Positions 47,280 to 57,051 of a stretch of 64,000 nt of DNA are shown in pieces. The position numbers were made by a program, and so were the translations under genes. Below the pieces are notes generated by a model. It saw only the letters and a list, made by a program, of their open reading frames with translations. It made no database searches and was not told the origin of the DNA. The DNA is from an uncultured Candidatus Poseidoniales archaeon (GTDB lineage Archaea; Thermoplasmatota; Poseidoniia; Poseidoniales; Thalassarchaeaceae), in contig CAXAFE010000002.1 in NCBI GenBank assembly GCA_963968165.1, positions 72,244 to 136,243 on the forward strand, read 5' to 3'. Positions within the stretch are counted from its first letter, which is position 1. Every line of letters starts with the position of its first letter.

Positions 47280-49511
47280 TTATTCGGACTGCGTTTGTAG
47301 ATAATACCAACCTAACATCTCACCAGTCTGTGCATTTATCCCTAATGATACTGTATTTTCTTTTCCTAGATTGCTCCATTGCCGGGTTGCTGTCATTGAT
47401 ACTTGGCCATCGATAAGATCGATTGGGATTATGCTTAATAATTCACTTTCTTCAGAAACAGATAGCCTGTAACCCAATTCAGTATTATAATTCCAGATAT
47501 TTTGTGAATTGGAAATAAGATCATGTAAATCTGGATATCTAGAACTATCCAATATCCTATTTTCCAGAAGTGAAATTGTTGGTGTATCTGGTATGGAATC
47601 TTTATTCCAATTTATTTCTCCTTGTGCATTATTTCCACTATTTAGAATGGTGCACTCTTCAGAGTTTATGCCGTTTAGGAGCAGCCAGCCGGATTTATCC
47701 TCTGGGTCAACCCATGAAATATTCCATTGAAAATCTGGAGAATCTTCAGAGTTTTTCCAATATGCCTGCCAAATATAGCCTCCATCAATAATTGCAATAG
47801 TCGCTTCTGAGTTAGAATGATTGTTAATTAAACAGTTTTTTGCATCTTCTAAATTAAAAGTTCTTATTTCTGATTCATCTGGCATCGAATCTATCCATTT
47901 TTTCTTATCTGAACTCCTAGGCCTATCATCAAAAGCATCGGGTTTAAGATATTCTTTTCCCCATTCTATTGGAGTGTCTCCGGTAACCGTCATATATTCC
48001 CCCATCGTTAATCTAATTGTTAGTTTACCATCAGGCAATATGGAATCAGCAGCGGAGCTTACTAAGAAATTACAGTCATTATTTTGAGTATTTTTATCTA
48101 TTAAAATGTCCACTTCTTGTCTAATAGGCCAGGGGCTGTTCTCTTTTACTTGGATTTCAATATTAGCATGACCAAAGCACTTTCCTATTTCAGAATGATA
48201 AATGTTTATTGTTCTTACAAGGCCATGATTAGCACTTTTAAATTCACTACCTACAGTCCAATGCCAATCAGAATTCCATGTTTCATCCTCAGTAGACTTA
48301 GTACCTTCAGATAATAATCTGTCTCCAAAGAAGGAATTTAGTTCTATAGGCTTCATTGGCAAAGTAAGTATCGGGAGTAGAATAGAAAGATCTCCGAATC
48401 CATCAAGTCCGTATGTCACTGATTGTAAGTTAGTTATTTTATTCTCTATATCAACAAAAGTCAAATCTGTTTTTGTACGTTTTAGTTCCTTAGTTTCTAG
48501 TTCCGTCCAAGAAGTTGTAGTCATATCCAATGAGTTGCCGGACATAGACCATCCAAGGTTGCCACATTCATCTATATCTCTCCAAGTTTTACCTTCAAAA
48601 TCAACATCTAATTTATGATCTAATTTTTTTTCTGCTGTGTAGAAACCTGACCTCCCTAAAGTATCTGTAGATATTTTTTCTTCATTTGAAACTGATACAT
48701 AGCCGATTCCTGTCATACTAATCTCTAATTCGCCACATGCATCTTCTAACACATTACCTGAAGCATCACGAAAAATCTTAACCATATCATCTCCCATAAC
48801 TGTAATTCTAGCTTCTTCGACATTAAAATTCATTTTATCACCGTAATTTAATTCCTTCGGAGTAAAGTTATTATCGTTATCTAAAACGAAAAATACAGTA
48901 CCGCCCACTAATAATAATACAGCAAAAACTGCTCCTAATATTTTTTTATTTAATTTTAAATTTTTAAATGATGGTATGGTTATAACATTAGGAGACGTAT
49001 CTAAAATATTTTTTGTTATTTTTTGTTTGGTTGGATTTGAGATGATAACATCATTATCAACTTCTTCATCTACAATTATTTCTGCTACAAAAACGTTAGA
49101 TTCTTCTTCATTAAACTGAATATCTATTGATTCTATGTCATCTTCATTTATATCTTCCGAGAGAGTTAAAGATTTTTCTAATTTTTTTGTAATTAATTTA
49201 TCTATTTTTGAATTAATATCATCTTTTTCAGAAGAAATTATTTCATCATCATCTTCATCATCATAAAGGATGATTTCATCTACCTTTACATTTGAATATT
49301 CTAAATCCTTTTTTAGTTCTACAGAAATTCTTTCTACCAGTACTGACTTCTTTCCGGAGACATGTAATTTGAGATTATTACAAATCTCTCTTAATTCCGC
49401 AACGGACATCTTTGGCAATAAAACGAGGTCTATTGCAGATTGTTCATCTTCGGCCATTCTAATTGTGAGCCATAAGTAATGTTTTTCAATCCCTTTGCTC
49501 CAAAGTATCAA
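47280..49511 (-). CDS. Large type-I membrane protein: N-terminal SAP-like DNA-binding motif, acidic linker, single TM, ~530 aa extracytoplasmic domain
   Basis: MSVAELREICNNLKLHVSGKKSVLVERISVEL fits the SAP consensus (LxxLxVxELRxxLxxxGLxxxGxKxxLIxRL). Acidic DDEDDDE run, K-rich stretch before TM ILGAVFAVLLLVGGTVFFVL, acidic after. 78 nt upstream of parA. Confidence 0.6.
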   Translation of the reverse strand: MILWSKGIEKHYLWLTIRMAEDEQSAIDLVLLPKMSVAELREICNNLKLHVSGKKSVLVERISVELKKDLEYSNVKVDEIILYDDEDDDEIISSEKDDINSKIDKLITKKLEKSLTLSEDINEDDIESIDIQFNEEESNVFVAEIIVDEEVDNDVIISNPTKQKITKNILDTSPNVITIPSFKNLKLNKKILGAVFAVLLLVGGTVFFVLDNDNNFTPKELNYGDKMNFNVEEARITVMGDDMVKIFRDASGNVLEDACGELEISMTGIGYVSVSNEEKISTDTLGRSGFYTAEKKLDHKLDVDFEGKTWRDIDECGNLGWSMSGNSLDMTTTSWTELETKELKRTKTDLTFVDIENKITNLQSVTYGLDGFGDLSILLPILTLPMKPIELNSFFGDRLLSEGTKSTEDETWNSDWHWTVGSEFKSANHGLVRTINIYHSEIGKCFGHANIEIQVKENSPWPIRQEVDILIDKNTQNNDCNFLVSSAADSILPDGKLTIRLTMGEYMTVTGDTPIEWGKEYLKPDAFDDRPRSSDKKKWIDSMPDESEIRTFNLEDAKNCLINNHSNSEATIAIIDGGYIWQAYWKNSEDSPDFQWNISWVDPEDKSGWLLLNGINSEECTILNSGNNAQGEINWNKDSIPDTPTISLLENRILDSSRYPDLHDLISNSQNIWNYNTELGYRLSVSEESELLSIIPIDLIDGQVSMTATRQWSNLGKENTVSLGINAQTGEMLGWYYLQTQSE

Positions 49512-49584
49512 AGCAGGCGTACTAATGTAGTATTAACAAAATTTCTAGCAAAGAACTCAAGAAGGAGTTTTTGATGCGAAAACT

Positions 49585-50535
49585 ATGAGGCCGCGACTTG
49601 TGATACTTTCAAGAGGTCCGGAATTGTATAGTACCAAGCGATTATTTGAAGAAACAGAAAATGCTGGTTGGGATGTTAAAATAATTGATCCATTGACTTT
49701 GACAGTTGTCGTAGATGAAGAAGGGGGTAAGGTATTTCATAGAGGATGGCCTGTTGAGTGCGAGGCAGTAATTCCAAGAATTGGTTACTCGATTACCAGA
49801 CGGGGTGTTGCAATAGTGCGTCAATTTGAAAGGAAAGGAATTATAGTCCTAAATAAGAGTAATGGGATTGTAAGTAGTAGGGATAAATTACTTGCGTGTC
49901 AGATGATGTCAGATAACAAAGTTCCAGTACCTATTACTGCTCATGTTGGTTCTTGGAAAGATACTACTAGAGCCGTTAGTAGAGTTGGGGGGACTCCTTG
50001 TGTGATTAAGTCTACAGAAGGAACACATGGTTATGGAGTGTTTCTAGCAAAGTCTGATCAGCAAGCAAGGCAGTTGGTATACCAGATGTTAGAAAGAAAT
50101 ATGAGGCCTTTGGTCCAAGAATACATCAAAGAATCTCATGGACAAGATGTACGAGTACTTGTTGTTGGAGGTGAAGTTATTGCCACGATGAAACGTAAAG
50201 CTCATGGGACAGAATTCCGATCGAATTTTCACTTGGGAGGCTCGGTAGAAGTTTTTGAAATATCTGATGAACAAAAAAGGATTGCGTGCCTAGCAGCCAA
50301 AACTATGAATCTTGATATAGCAGGTGTTGATATGCTATTATCAAATAGAGGTCCTTTGATACTAGAAGTGAATTCGAGCCCTGGATTAGAGGGGATTGAG
50401 GCCTCAACTGGAGTCAATATAGCAGAAAAAGTAGCAAATTATCTTAATTTTAGATATAATATAGAATCAGAAAATAATATTACTGATTCTGAAAATTTAA
50501 TATCTTTAGATAAAGATAAAGTCATTAGTGAATAA
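49585..50535 (+). CDS. RimK/LysX-family ATP-grasp ligase
   Basis: ATP-grasp RimK-type blocks PCVIKSTEGTHGYGVFL, VQEYIKESHGQDVRVLVVGGEVI, VDMLLSNRGPLILEVNSSPG. Confidence 0.75.
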   Translation: MRPRLVILSRGPELYSTKRLFEETENAGWDVKIIDPLTLTVVVDEEGGKVFHRGWPVECEAVIPRIGYSITRRGVAIVRQFERKGIIVLNKSNGIVSSRDKLLACQMMSDNKVPVPITAHVGSWKDTTRAVSRVGGTPCVIKSTEGTHGYGVFLAKSDQQARQLVYQMLERNMRPLVQEYIKESHGQDVRVLVVGGEVIATMKRKAHGTEFRSNFHLGGSVEVFEISDEQKRIACLAAKTMNLDIAGVDMLLSNRGPLILEVNSSPGLEGIEASTGVNIAEKVANYLNFRYNIESENNITDSENLISLDKDKVISE

Positions 50536-50643
50536 TATGGCTATATTGAAAAGGTTTGGAAAACATATTTTCTCCATTAAATCTAGAGAAGCATTCAATA
50601 GACCTTTGGCATACTGAAAATTTGTTCAATAGAACAGGGATGC

Positions 50644-51777
50644 ATGCGCCACAGATGGCGGGGGGGCGAAATAGTGAAAGAGCAGAGTGCTAAATTTTCA
50701 AATAATGAGAGTATAAATCTCCTGACTGAAGATGTTGGTTTTATTAATTCGTCAGCTCTAATGCCAGCTAGATTAAATAGAATTTCAAATTTATCATGGT
50801 TTGAATGCTGGTTACAAAAATTAAGAACAGAAAAGAAGAGCGAGCATACAATTAGATCATACATAGTAGGAGTAAAAACATTCTCAATTACATCTTTACC
50901 TAATGAAAAAAATAGAACTTGGGACGAAATGCAGATTTTTACAGTAAAAAGATTTTATTCATTTAGTAACCCTGATAACGGACGAATTGATGCTTGGTTG
51001 AATAGTATATCAAAGTTGAAACCTTCAACAATAAATGCTAGATTAGCGTCTTTATCTCATTTATTGAAATGGTTAGGCTACATGGTTCCAGAGTGGATTC
51101 AACGGCCATCGAGAAATAGATCTTTACCTAAAACATTGGGGAAAAGGGAACTAAAAAAGGTTATGATAGCAGCAAATCAATCTGAAGATTGTTTGGCATT
51201 GCCAATCGTAACGGTAATGCTAGATACTGGATTGAGAGTATCGGAATTGTGTGGATTAGATCTTGATGATGTTGATTTTGAAGATTTATCGGCACTAGTA
51301 ATTGGGGGTAAAGGAGAAAAGGATAGGACAGTTTTATTCACAAATGCAACTGTTAAAGCTATTTCTGCATGGGACCCAATGAGGAAATTTAGATTAAAAA
51401 AATGTAAGCAAGATAGAGATGAGCGTGCTTTATTTCTATCCAGTAGAGGCAATAGGATGAATCCAAGATCTGTACAGAAAATAATAGATAAATTAGCTGT
51501 TTCTGCAGATATTCCCAAGAGTAGGTTGAGCCCACACACATTGAGGCATACATTTGCCACTGGCCTGTTAGAGAGAGGTGCAGATTTAGTGACAATTCAG
51601 AGGCTTTTGGGGCATGCAAGTATAGCAACTACACGTGTTTATCTTGAAATTGGAGATCAAACTTTACGTGAGATTTACCACAGAGCACAAAAACAAATGC
51701 CAAATTATGAAAAGCATGACCTAGAAGAAGAAATTGAAGAGGCGCGAAAGGTTAGTATAATAACAACTAGAGAATAA
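50644..51777 (+). CDS. Tyrosine site-specific recombinase (XerA/XerCD-like)
   Basis: Catalytic box HTLRHTFATGLLERGADLVTIQRLLGHASIATTRVYLEI carries the R...HxxR...Y signature. Confidence 0.8.
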   Translation: MRHRWRGGEIVKEQSAKFSNNESINLLTEDVGFINSSALMPARLNRISNLSWFECWLQKLRTEKKSEHTIRSYIVGVKTFSITSLPNEKNRTWDEMQIFTVKRFYSFSNPDNGRIDAWLNSISKLKPSTINARLASLSHLLKWLGYMVPEWIQRPSRNRSLPKTLGKRELKKVMIAANQSEDCLALPIVTVMLDTGLRVSELCGLDLDDVDFEDLSALVIGGKGEKDRTVLFTNATVKAISAWDPMRKFRLKKCKQDRDERALFLSSRGNRMNPRSVQKIIDKLAVSADIPKSRLSPHTLRHTFATGLLERGADLVTIQRLLGHASIATTRVYLEIGDQTLREIYHRAQKQMPNYEKHDLEEEIEEARKVSIITTRE

Positions 51778-51832
51778 TATTTTTTGAACTTTTATACGCA
51801 ACCTTCAATCAAACAAACCTCTACAGTGTTGT

Positions 51833-52591
51833 ATGGAAGAACCTTATATCGGACTTGATGATTCTTTATCCATGGGCCAAGGGGTATCGATTTTATATGC
51901 TCAGGTTATGCAAGGTAAACCAAAAATGAGTGTTGATGTAAATGGCTTCCTACAGATATCCAATAGATATGATAAGAAAAAAGGAATTTACCTTGGGGAT
52001 GTGGCAAAGTCCGTATTATACTCTGTTGGATCTCACGAACAACCATCAATCATCAATGATTCAAATTGGGATGAGCAGGTTTGGGAATTAATTTGTAATA
52101 CGAATGACTTAAAGATCAAAATAAGCAGTGCCCATTACTGGGGTTTTGGACTTTTTAATAGGTGTTTTTACAATAAAATAGAGATAAAAGGGCCATTGTC
52201 TGTACGTGCGAGGTGTGCGCATGATATTGTTGCAAGTCTGGGGAGAAATCCTTGGGAACCTGTTAGATTAAAATCTTTTGAAAATATTACAAAAATAATG
52301 ATTAATGAGCATATAGAAACATGGAATGAATTAATAAAAATAGCCAAAGATGAAATGAATGAAAATATTCTAAGATTAGAAGATGCAGTAAGAGTTTTGA
52401 GAGGAGTTAATGAAGATTCAATTGAATATATTATGTCTGCAGATATTGCCTTAGAAGAAGCAAGAACTGCTTTAGCTGATAGGAATTCGACTGCAGTGGA
52501 ACGGGCATTGAGCAGGGCAAGTAAAGCAATAATTATGGCTGATCCGAAAACAGATATGCAATCTACTGATATTTTATTTGAAGATGATTAG
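51833..52591 (+). CDS. Hypothetical protein
   Basis: 252-aa ORF with coding-like composition and no recognisable motif. Confidence 0.35.
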   Translation: MEEPYIGLDDSLSMGQGVSILYAQVMQGKPKMSVDVNGFLQISNRYDKKKGIYLGDVAKSVLYSVGSHEQPSIINDSNWDEQVWELICNTNDLKIKISSAHYWGFGLFNRCFYNKIEIKGPLSVRARCAHDIVASLGRNPWEPVRLKSFENITKIMINEHIETWNELIKIAKDEMNENILRLEDAVRVLRGVNEDSIEYIMSADIALEEARTALADRNSTAVERALSRASKAIIMADPKTDMQSTDILFEDD

Positions 52592-52779
52592 AGGCCTAAT
52601 GCACCATACATCCAGGACCAAACACCATGTTGTGCTAAATAAATAACCACTGAAAATGATATACAAGCAAAATAGATAGTTCCTTTTGAAATTTGTATAG
52701 CATCTTCGCTTTCTTCATCGAAATAACGAATTAAACCAGCTGCTTGCTGGATTCCACTACCCTTCTTCTCCTTTGCCAT
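52588..52779 (-). CDS. Preprotein translocase Sec61-beta (archaeal Sec-beta)
   Basis: AAGLIRYFDEE followed by a single TM matches archaeal Sec-beta (SAGLIRYMDE in methanogens, from memory). Confidence 0.7.
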   Translation of the reverse strand: MAKEKKGSGIQQAAGLIRYFDEESEDAIQISKGTIYFACISFSVVIYLAQHGVWSWMYGALGL

Positions 52780-52844
52780 TGTTCACCGCACCCATATACA
52801 CTATTTCAAGCCGACGAGCCTTTTAAATCTAATAAAAGTTGTAT

Positions 52845-53231
52845 TTAGGCTTCTAAAGATTCAATTAAAACACATCCGCCATCAAGTTCAACAATCATAG
52901 AAGCTGCATCCATTGCATTATCCATACTTGAAGTCATCAGGATTTCACGTCTATTGCCATTTGATGTCTGAAAAACTAATCTATGACTTAAATTCTCAAG
53001 AACTTCACGATTAACAGTTTGCCATATCCACTCATCATTTTCAACCGTTACTAAAGCTTCAATAGGAACTAGGGGGCCTTGATTTACAGAATTATTCCTA
53101 GCCCTATCAACTAATTCAATTAATTTCTTAGTTGCTCCAAAAATATCTGTTCGTACTGGTTCTTCTTTATTTTTTGCTATTCGCCTACTCAATCTCATGG
53201 TATCCATCCCCCTTGCGAAACTAGTCCGCAA
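52845..53231 (-). CDS. Hypothetical protein (weak Roadblock/LC7-like resemblance)
   Basis: 128 aa; C-terminus MIVELDGGCVLIESLEA; nothing decisive. Confidence 0.3.
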   Translation of the reverse strand: MRTSFARGMDTMRLSRRIAKNKEEPVRTDIFGATKKLIELVDRARNNSVNQGPLVPIEALVTVENDEWIWQTVNREVLENLSHRLVFQTSNGNRREILMTSSMDNAMDAASMIVELDGGCVLIESLEA

Positions 53232-53355
53232 GCCCTGAGCAGTTCTTCAATGGTATAATCGTTTACAAAATTGACTAAGGATTATATCAAAAATCAGATG
53301 GTTACAATATTTCGGAATACGTGTATTTCTTTCGTGATGACCTATCCCGCGGGTT

Positions 53356-54999
53356 ATGGCGAGCAAGTCTGATTACTGGTATGGGCTTGGTGAAAATAGT
53401 GTTCTACTCAATGCGGTAAGAAACTGGAGAGAAGATTCGGATACATGGCTTGAGAGTTCTGTCGATAGACTGCCTGAAACAGTTAGAGTTAATCCTCTTA
53501 GAAATGATGTACCTTGGGTTGAGGGGTGGCTAGAAGATATTGGAGGCGAAAGATTGGACTGGTTCGAAGGAGTTGGTAGCGCATGGAAACTTCCGTTCGA
53601 TAGGGGAAAAATCGAAGGTGAGCAAAGAATTATTTTATCCTCATTGCATGAAACTGGAAGGTTAACGAGGCAAGAGGCAGTGTCAATGATTCCAGCAATT
53701 GTTCTCGAAGCTAAGCCTGGAGAAATTATTCTAGATATGTGTGCCTCACCAGGATCTAAAACTACACAAATATCAGAGAATTTGAATAATGAAGGAGTTG
53801 TGATAGCAAATGAAATTGCAAGTTCAAGAATTAATACACTAGTATCAAATTCGCAAAGACATGGAACTCGCACTTGCATGATAGTTAATCATGATGGTCG
53901 ACATTTTCCAAAAATTCCAGGAGAAGGTTTTGATAGAGTACTTGTTGATGCTCCCTGTACTGGCTCAGGTACTACCCGAAAAAATCCAGAGGTTTGGAAG
54001 AAATGGTTACCTTCTGGAGGTAGGTCGCTTCATAAATTACAAATTGATTTATTGAGTAAAGCAATAGATATTACAAAACCGGGTGGAAGAATAGTATATT
54101 CCACATGTTCTCTTGATCCTGTGGAAAATGAAGCCGTTATAGCAGAAGTAATGAGAAAATTCCCCATAAAGATTATTGATGGATCAGAATTGATAAAAAA
54201 GTTACCATGTGATAGAGGATTTAGAGATTGGAAATTATTAGATGATAATGGTAATATTACGACTAAGATAGATGTTCCAAATTCTATTCGACCCCCAACA
54301 GAGGAGAACATAATTAAATCCATGGATAATTGTATGAGAATATGGAATGACAAAATTGATGGAGGTGGATTCTTTATTGCGGTCCTAGAAAAAATAACTG
54401 ATAATGAAATAAGTGAACCTCGGAGAGTAGTTCTTGATAATCAAAAAAGTGATGATAGTAATAATCTTCCAACGCCCATAAATAATGATTTAAAATTAAA
54501 ATTAATTAATAAATATGGCAGTTATCCTGATAACTTATGGATAAGAGGTAAGAAGATTCTATGGGCAACGAAGGAGACAGAATATATTTGGGAGCATCAA
54601 AAAAGTAGGAAATCTGGGAGAATAACAATTCCTGGAAGAAGATGGAAGCCGATTAAAGTGATTCATTTGGGTCTTGATACCATAAAATTGAGGAATGGAG
54701 AGATTGATAGGATTATCGGAAAGGCAGCAGAACAAATTATTCCCAGTTTGAAATCAGGATATGTGAATTCTAAATCAGAATTAATTGATAGATTATTATC
54801 AGGGGAGCAACCGTTACCAACTGAGATTTATGAAATGGATGAGAGTCATCGTGGAAGTTTAATATTGATAGATAAAAAACATAATTCATGTATACCAGTT
54901 TGGATTGGGGCCAGGGTGAGTTTAATGATTAATGAATCAGAAAGGATTGTGATGCGAGCCAAGCGTGGATTAAAGCTAGTAATTGATGAAGAAGAGTGA
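53356..54999 (+). CDS. RNA cytosine-C5 methyltransferase, NOL1/NOP2/Sun family
   Basis: SAM motif DMCASPGSKTTQI, motif IV VDAPCTGSGTTRKNPE, motif VI YSTCSLDPVENE. Confidence 0.85.
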   Translation: MASKSDYWYGLGENSVLLNAVRNWREDSDTWLESSVDRLPETVRVNPLRNDVPWVEGWLEDIGGERLDWFEGVGSAWKLPFDRGKIEGEQRIILSSLHETGRLTRQEAVSMIPAIVLEAKPGEIILDMCASPGSKTTQISENLNNEGVVIANEIASSRINTLVSNSQRHGTRTCMIVNHDGRHFPKIPGEGFDRVLVDAPCTGSGTTRKNPEVWKKWLPSGGRSLHKLQIDLLSKAIDITKPGGRIVYSTCSLDPVENEAVIAEVMRKFPIKIIDGSELIKKLPCDRGFRDWKLLDDNGNITTKIDVPNSIRPPTEENIIKSMDNCMRIWNDKIDGGGFFIAVLEKITDNEISEPRRVVLDNQKSDDSNNLPTPINNDLKLKLINKYGSYPDNLWIRGKKILWATKETEYIWEHQKSRKSGRITIPGRRWKPIKVIHLGLDTIKLRNGEIDRIIGKAAEQIIPSLKSGYVNSKSELIDRLLSGEQPLPTEIYEMDESHRGSLILIDKKHNSCIPVWIGARVSLMINESERIVMRAKRGLKLVIDEEE

Positions 55000-55076
55000 A
55001 TAAATTTAATCAATTGAACTAAAAAATAAGATACAAATTGGCATATGTTCAATAACATGAGTTTGGAGTACCCACT

Positions 55077-55544
55077 ATGACCAAAGCGAAAATTGATGAT
55101 ATTGATTATAAAATCATACAAGTACTATGTGAAGATGCAAGAACATCATTAAGAAAAATATCTGAAAGAATTGGTGTATCTCTAGGGGCTGTAAGTAATA
55201 GAGTGAAGAAATTGGAGCAAAGCGGAGTAATTCAAGGATATAGCGTACTACTTAATCCTGAAAAAATTGGATGGGAGTTGAATGTAGTAATTGGTTTAAG
55301 AATACAAAAAGGAAGATTAATAGAAATTCAGGAGAAGATTGCCAAAGATAATAGGATATATGGAGCATATGATGTGACTGGAGACTTTGATTCGATGATA
55401 TTGGCTAGAGCCAAAGATAGAGAAGATTTAGATAAATTATCAAAAAATGTATTATCCATCGAAGGAGTAGAAAGATCCGTGACTCATCTTGTTTTGAACA
55501 CTGTGAAGGAAGTACCAAGCTCGTTACCAAATTATGAGTTATAA
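55077..55544 (+). CDS. Lrp/AsnC-family transcriptional regulator
   Basis: HTH DIDYKIIQVLCEDARTSLRKISERIGVSLGAVSNRVKKLEQSGVIQGY plus a C-terminal RAM domain. Confidence 0.85.
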   Translation: MTKAKIDDIDYKIIQVLCEDARTSLRKISERIGVSLGAVSNRVKKLEQSGVIQGYSVLLNPEKIGWELNVVIGLRIQKGRLIEIQEKIAKDNRIYGAYDVTGDFDSMILARAKDREDLDKLSKNVLSIEGVERSVTHLVLNTVKEVPSSLPNYEL

Positions 55545-56024
55545 AAAATCATCTTTATCAAGAAGAAGAACTAAATTAGAAAATGATGATAAGGATTCCA
55601 CAGTTATAATTTCTGGTTTGATTAACTTGGATAGTTTGCTATGCATTTCTTCATCTATGGTGACATCCATAGACATCATTCTATCACGAAAAAACTCTTG
55701 TATTTGGTAACCGGTTTTATCCCAGTCCATTAATACGATTATTGGTGATTTACCATCTATTGAATTAGTTTTTCCATATGATTCATAGAGATGGGCAATT
55801 ATCCTAGAACGACTATGGCCTCTATTCAATTTTTCAATTATTCCTGTAAAACCCAATACCCGTAAAGCTTTTTCATCCCGTATTCCTTCAACGAGAATTG
55901 GGCAAAAGGAACCCCCTTCGGTTGCGGGTTTATTTCTTAATCGGGATTTTATAATAATTTTTGATGCCTTTTCAAATCTTAGTGACTGATTTCCTAAATT
56001 TACATATTTTGGATTCTTAGCCAT
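55539..56024 (-). CDS. Small Toprim-domain protein (COG1658-like)
   Basis: Toprim Glu in ILVEGIRDEKAL and DxD in IIVLMDWDKTG. Confidence 0.4.
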   Translation of the reverse strand: MAKNPKYVNLGNQSLRFEKASKIIIKSRLRNKPATEGGSFCPILVEGIRDEKALRVLGFTGIIEKLNRGHSRSRIIAHLYESYGKTNSIDGKSPIIVLMDWDKTGYQIQEFFRDRMMSMDVTIDEEMHSKLSKLIKPEIITVESLSSFSNLVLLLDKDDFL

Positions 56025-56236
56025 ATCTTATCCTCTGACTTTTTCTTTTTTGAAGTCCAAGCCTATCTTTTTTTAAATTATGTTTTTATATTTTTATAAT
56101 AATCATTAGATTTTTTTACTATTTTATAAAATATCGATGATTTAAAATTTATTATTTCATCAAAATATAGAATAATATTTAGATACATAATGAATTAAGA
56201 TTTTAATATAATTAAGAATGTTATTACGCGGGATTT
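56025..56236. promoter_or_regulatory. 210-nt strongly AT-rich non-coding region upstream of the cox operon (divergent promoter region)
   Basis: Runs of T/A, many TATA-like elements. No ORF of 60 aa or more. Confidence 0.4.
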
Positions 56237-57043
56237 ATGAATAACTTTCACACCGCAAGTACAGGGATTGGGGCTATGGTAGAGAGTATCTTGTTTTACG
56301 AACTATGGAATGAATATATTTCATGGTCTCTTTTAGTGGGAATTTTTACTTTTGGGTGGTTATTTCATCACTCTTTTTGGTATACCTCGAAAGAAGATTT
56401 AAATGATTGGGAAAATCCAGATAAAATTGAAGTCGGAGTATTTCCAAAACATAATGATGATATGACATTAGAGGTAGCTTGGACCGTATTGCCATTCATG
56501 TTAATTATCTATCTAACGTACATATCTTGGGCACCATTAGACGCAGTATGGACATCTGAAAATGGTGGTAATCATGGCTTTGAATGCACAGATGGTCAGA
56601 CTTCAAATAATAGAATTGATCTTGATACAGGAATTGTTACATCCGATTGTTACCATGTTTTAGAAATAACAGCTAAACAATGGGTATGGAGTTTTGATTG
56701 CAATCCAAATGATGATCGATGGACAGGCGATACAATACCCAATAGAGGATATGAATTGGGTACAAACATATGTGACGTGGGGACAATATCAATTGAAGGA
56801 TACGGTATGCAACCTCTTTTATCATTAAAATCGGGTGAAACATATCTTGCAGTAATGCAATCTGAAGATGTTACTCATGCGCCATGGGTTCAAATTTTAG
56901 GTGTAAAAGAAGATGTTTTGCCAAGTCAAGAAACTACTCTGTGGCTACCAATGACAGGAGTTAGTGAATCTATGATATTATGTACTGAATATTGTGGAGA
57001 TGCACATTCTGTCATGTCAGCAGGAGTATCTGTACATAATTAA
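56237..57043 (+). CDS. coxB: Heme-copper oxidase subunit II (CuA cupredoxin)
   Basis: Two N-terminal TM helices. CuA ligand set H(APW)...CTEYCGDAHSVM. Confidence 0.85.
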   Translation: MNNFHTASTGIGAMVESILFYELWNEYISWSLLVGIFTFGWLFHHSFWYTSKEDLNDWENPDKIEVGVFPKHNDDMTLEVAWTVLPFMLIIYLTYISWAPLDAVWTSENGGNHGFECTDGQTSNNRIDLDTGIVTSDCYHVLEITAKQWVWSFDCNPNDDRWTGDTIPNRGYELGTNICDVGTISIEGYGMQPLLSLKSGETYLAVMQSEDVTHAPWVQILGVKEDVLPSQETTLWLPMTGVSESMILCTEYCGDAHSVMSAGVSVHN

Positions 57044-57051
57044 TAGGAGTC

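Noticed and set aside
50644-51777. Tyrosine recombinase as marker of an integrated mobile element
   Set aside because: Its neighbours are core genes (RimK-like ligase upstream; Sec61-beta and an rRNA/tRNA methyltransferase downstream). No adjacent tRNA gene or flanking direct repeats were seen. More likely the chromosomal XerA-type dimer-resolution recombinase.
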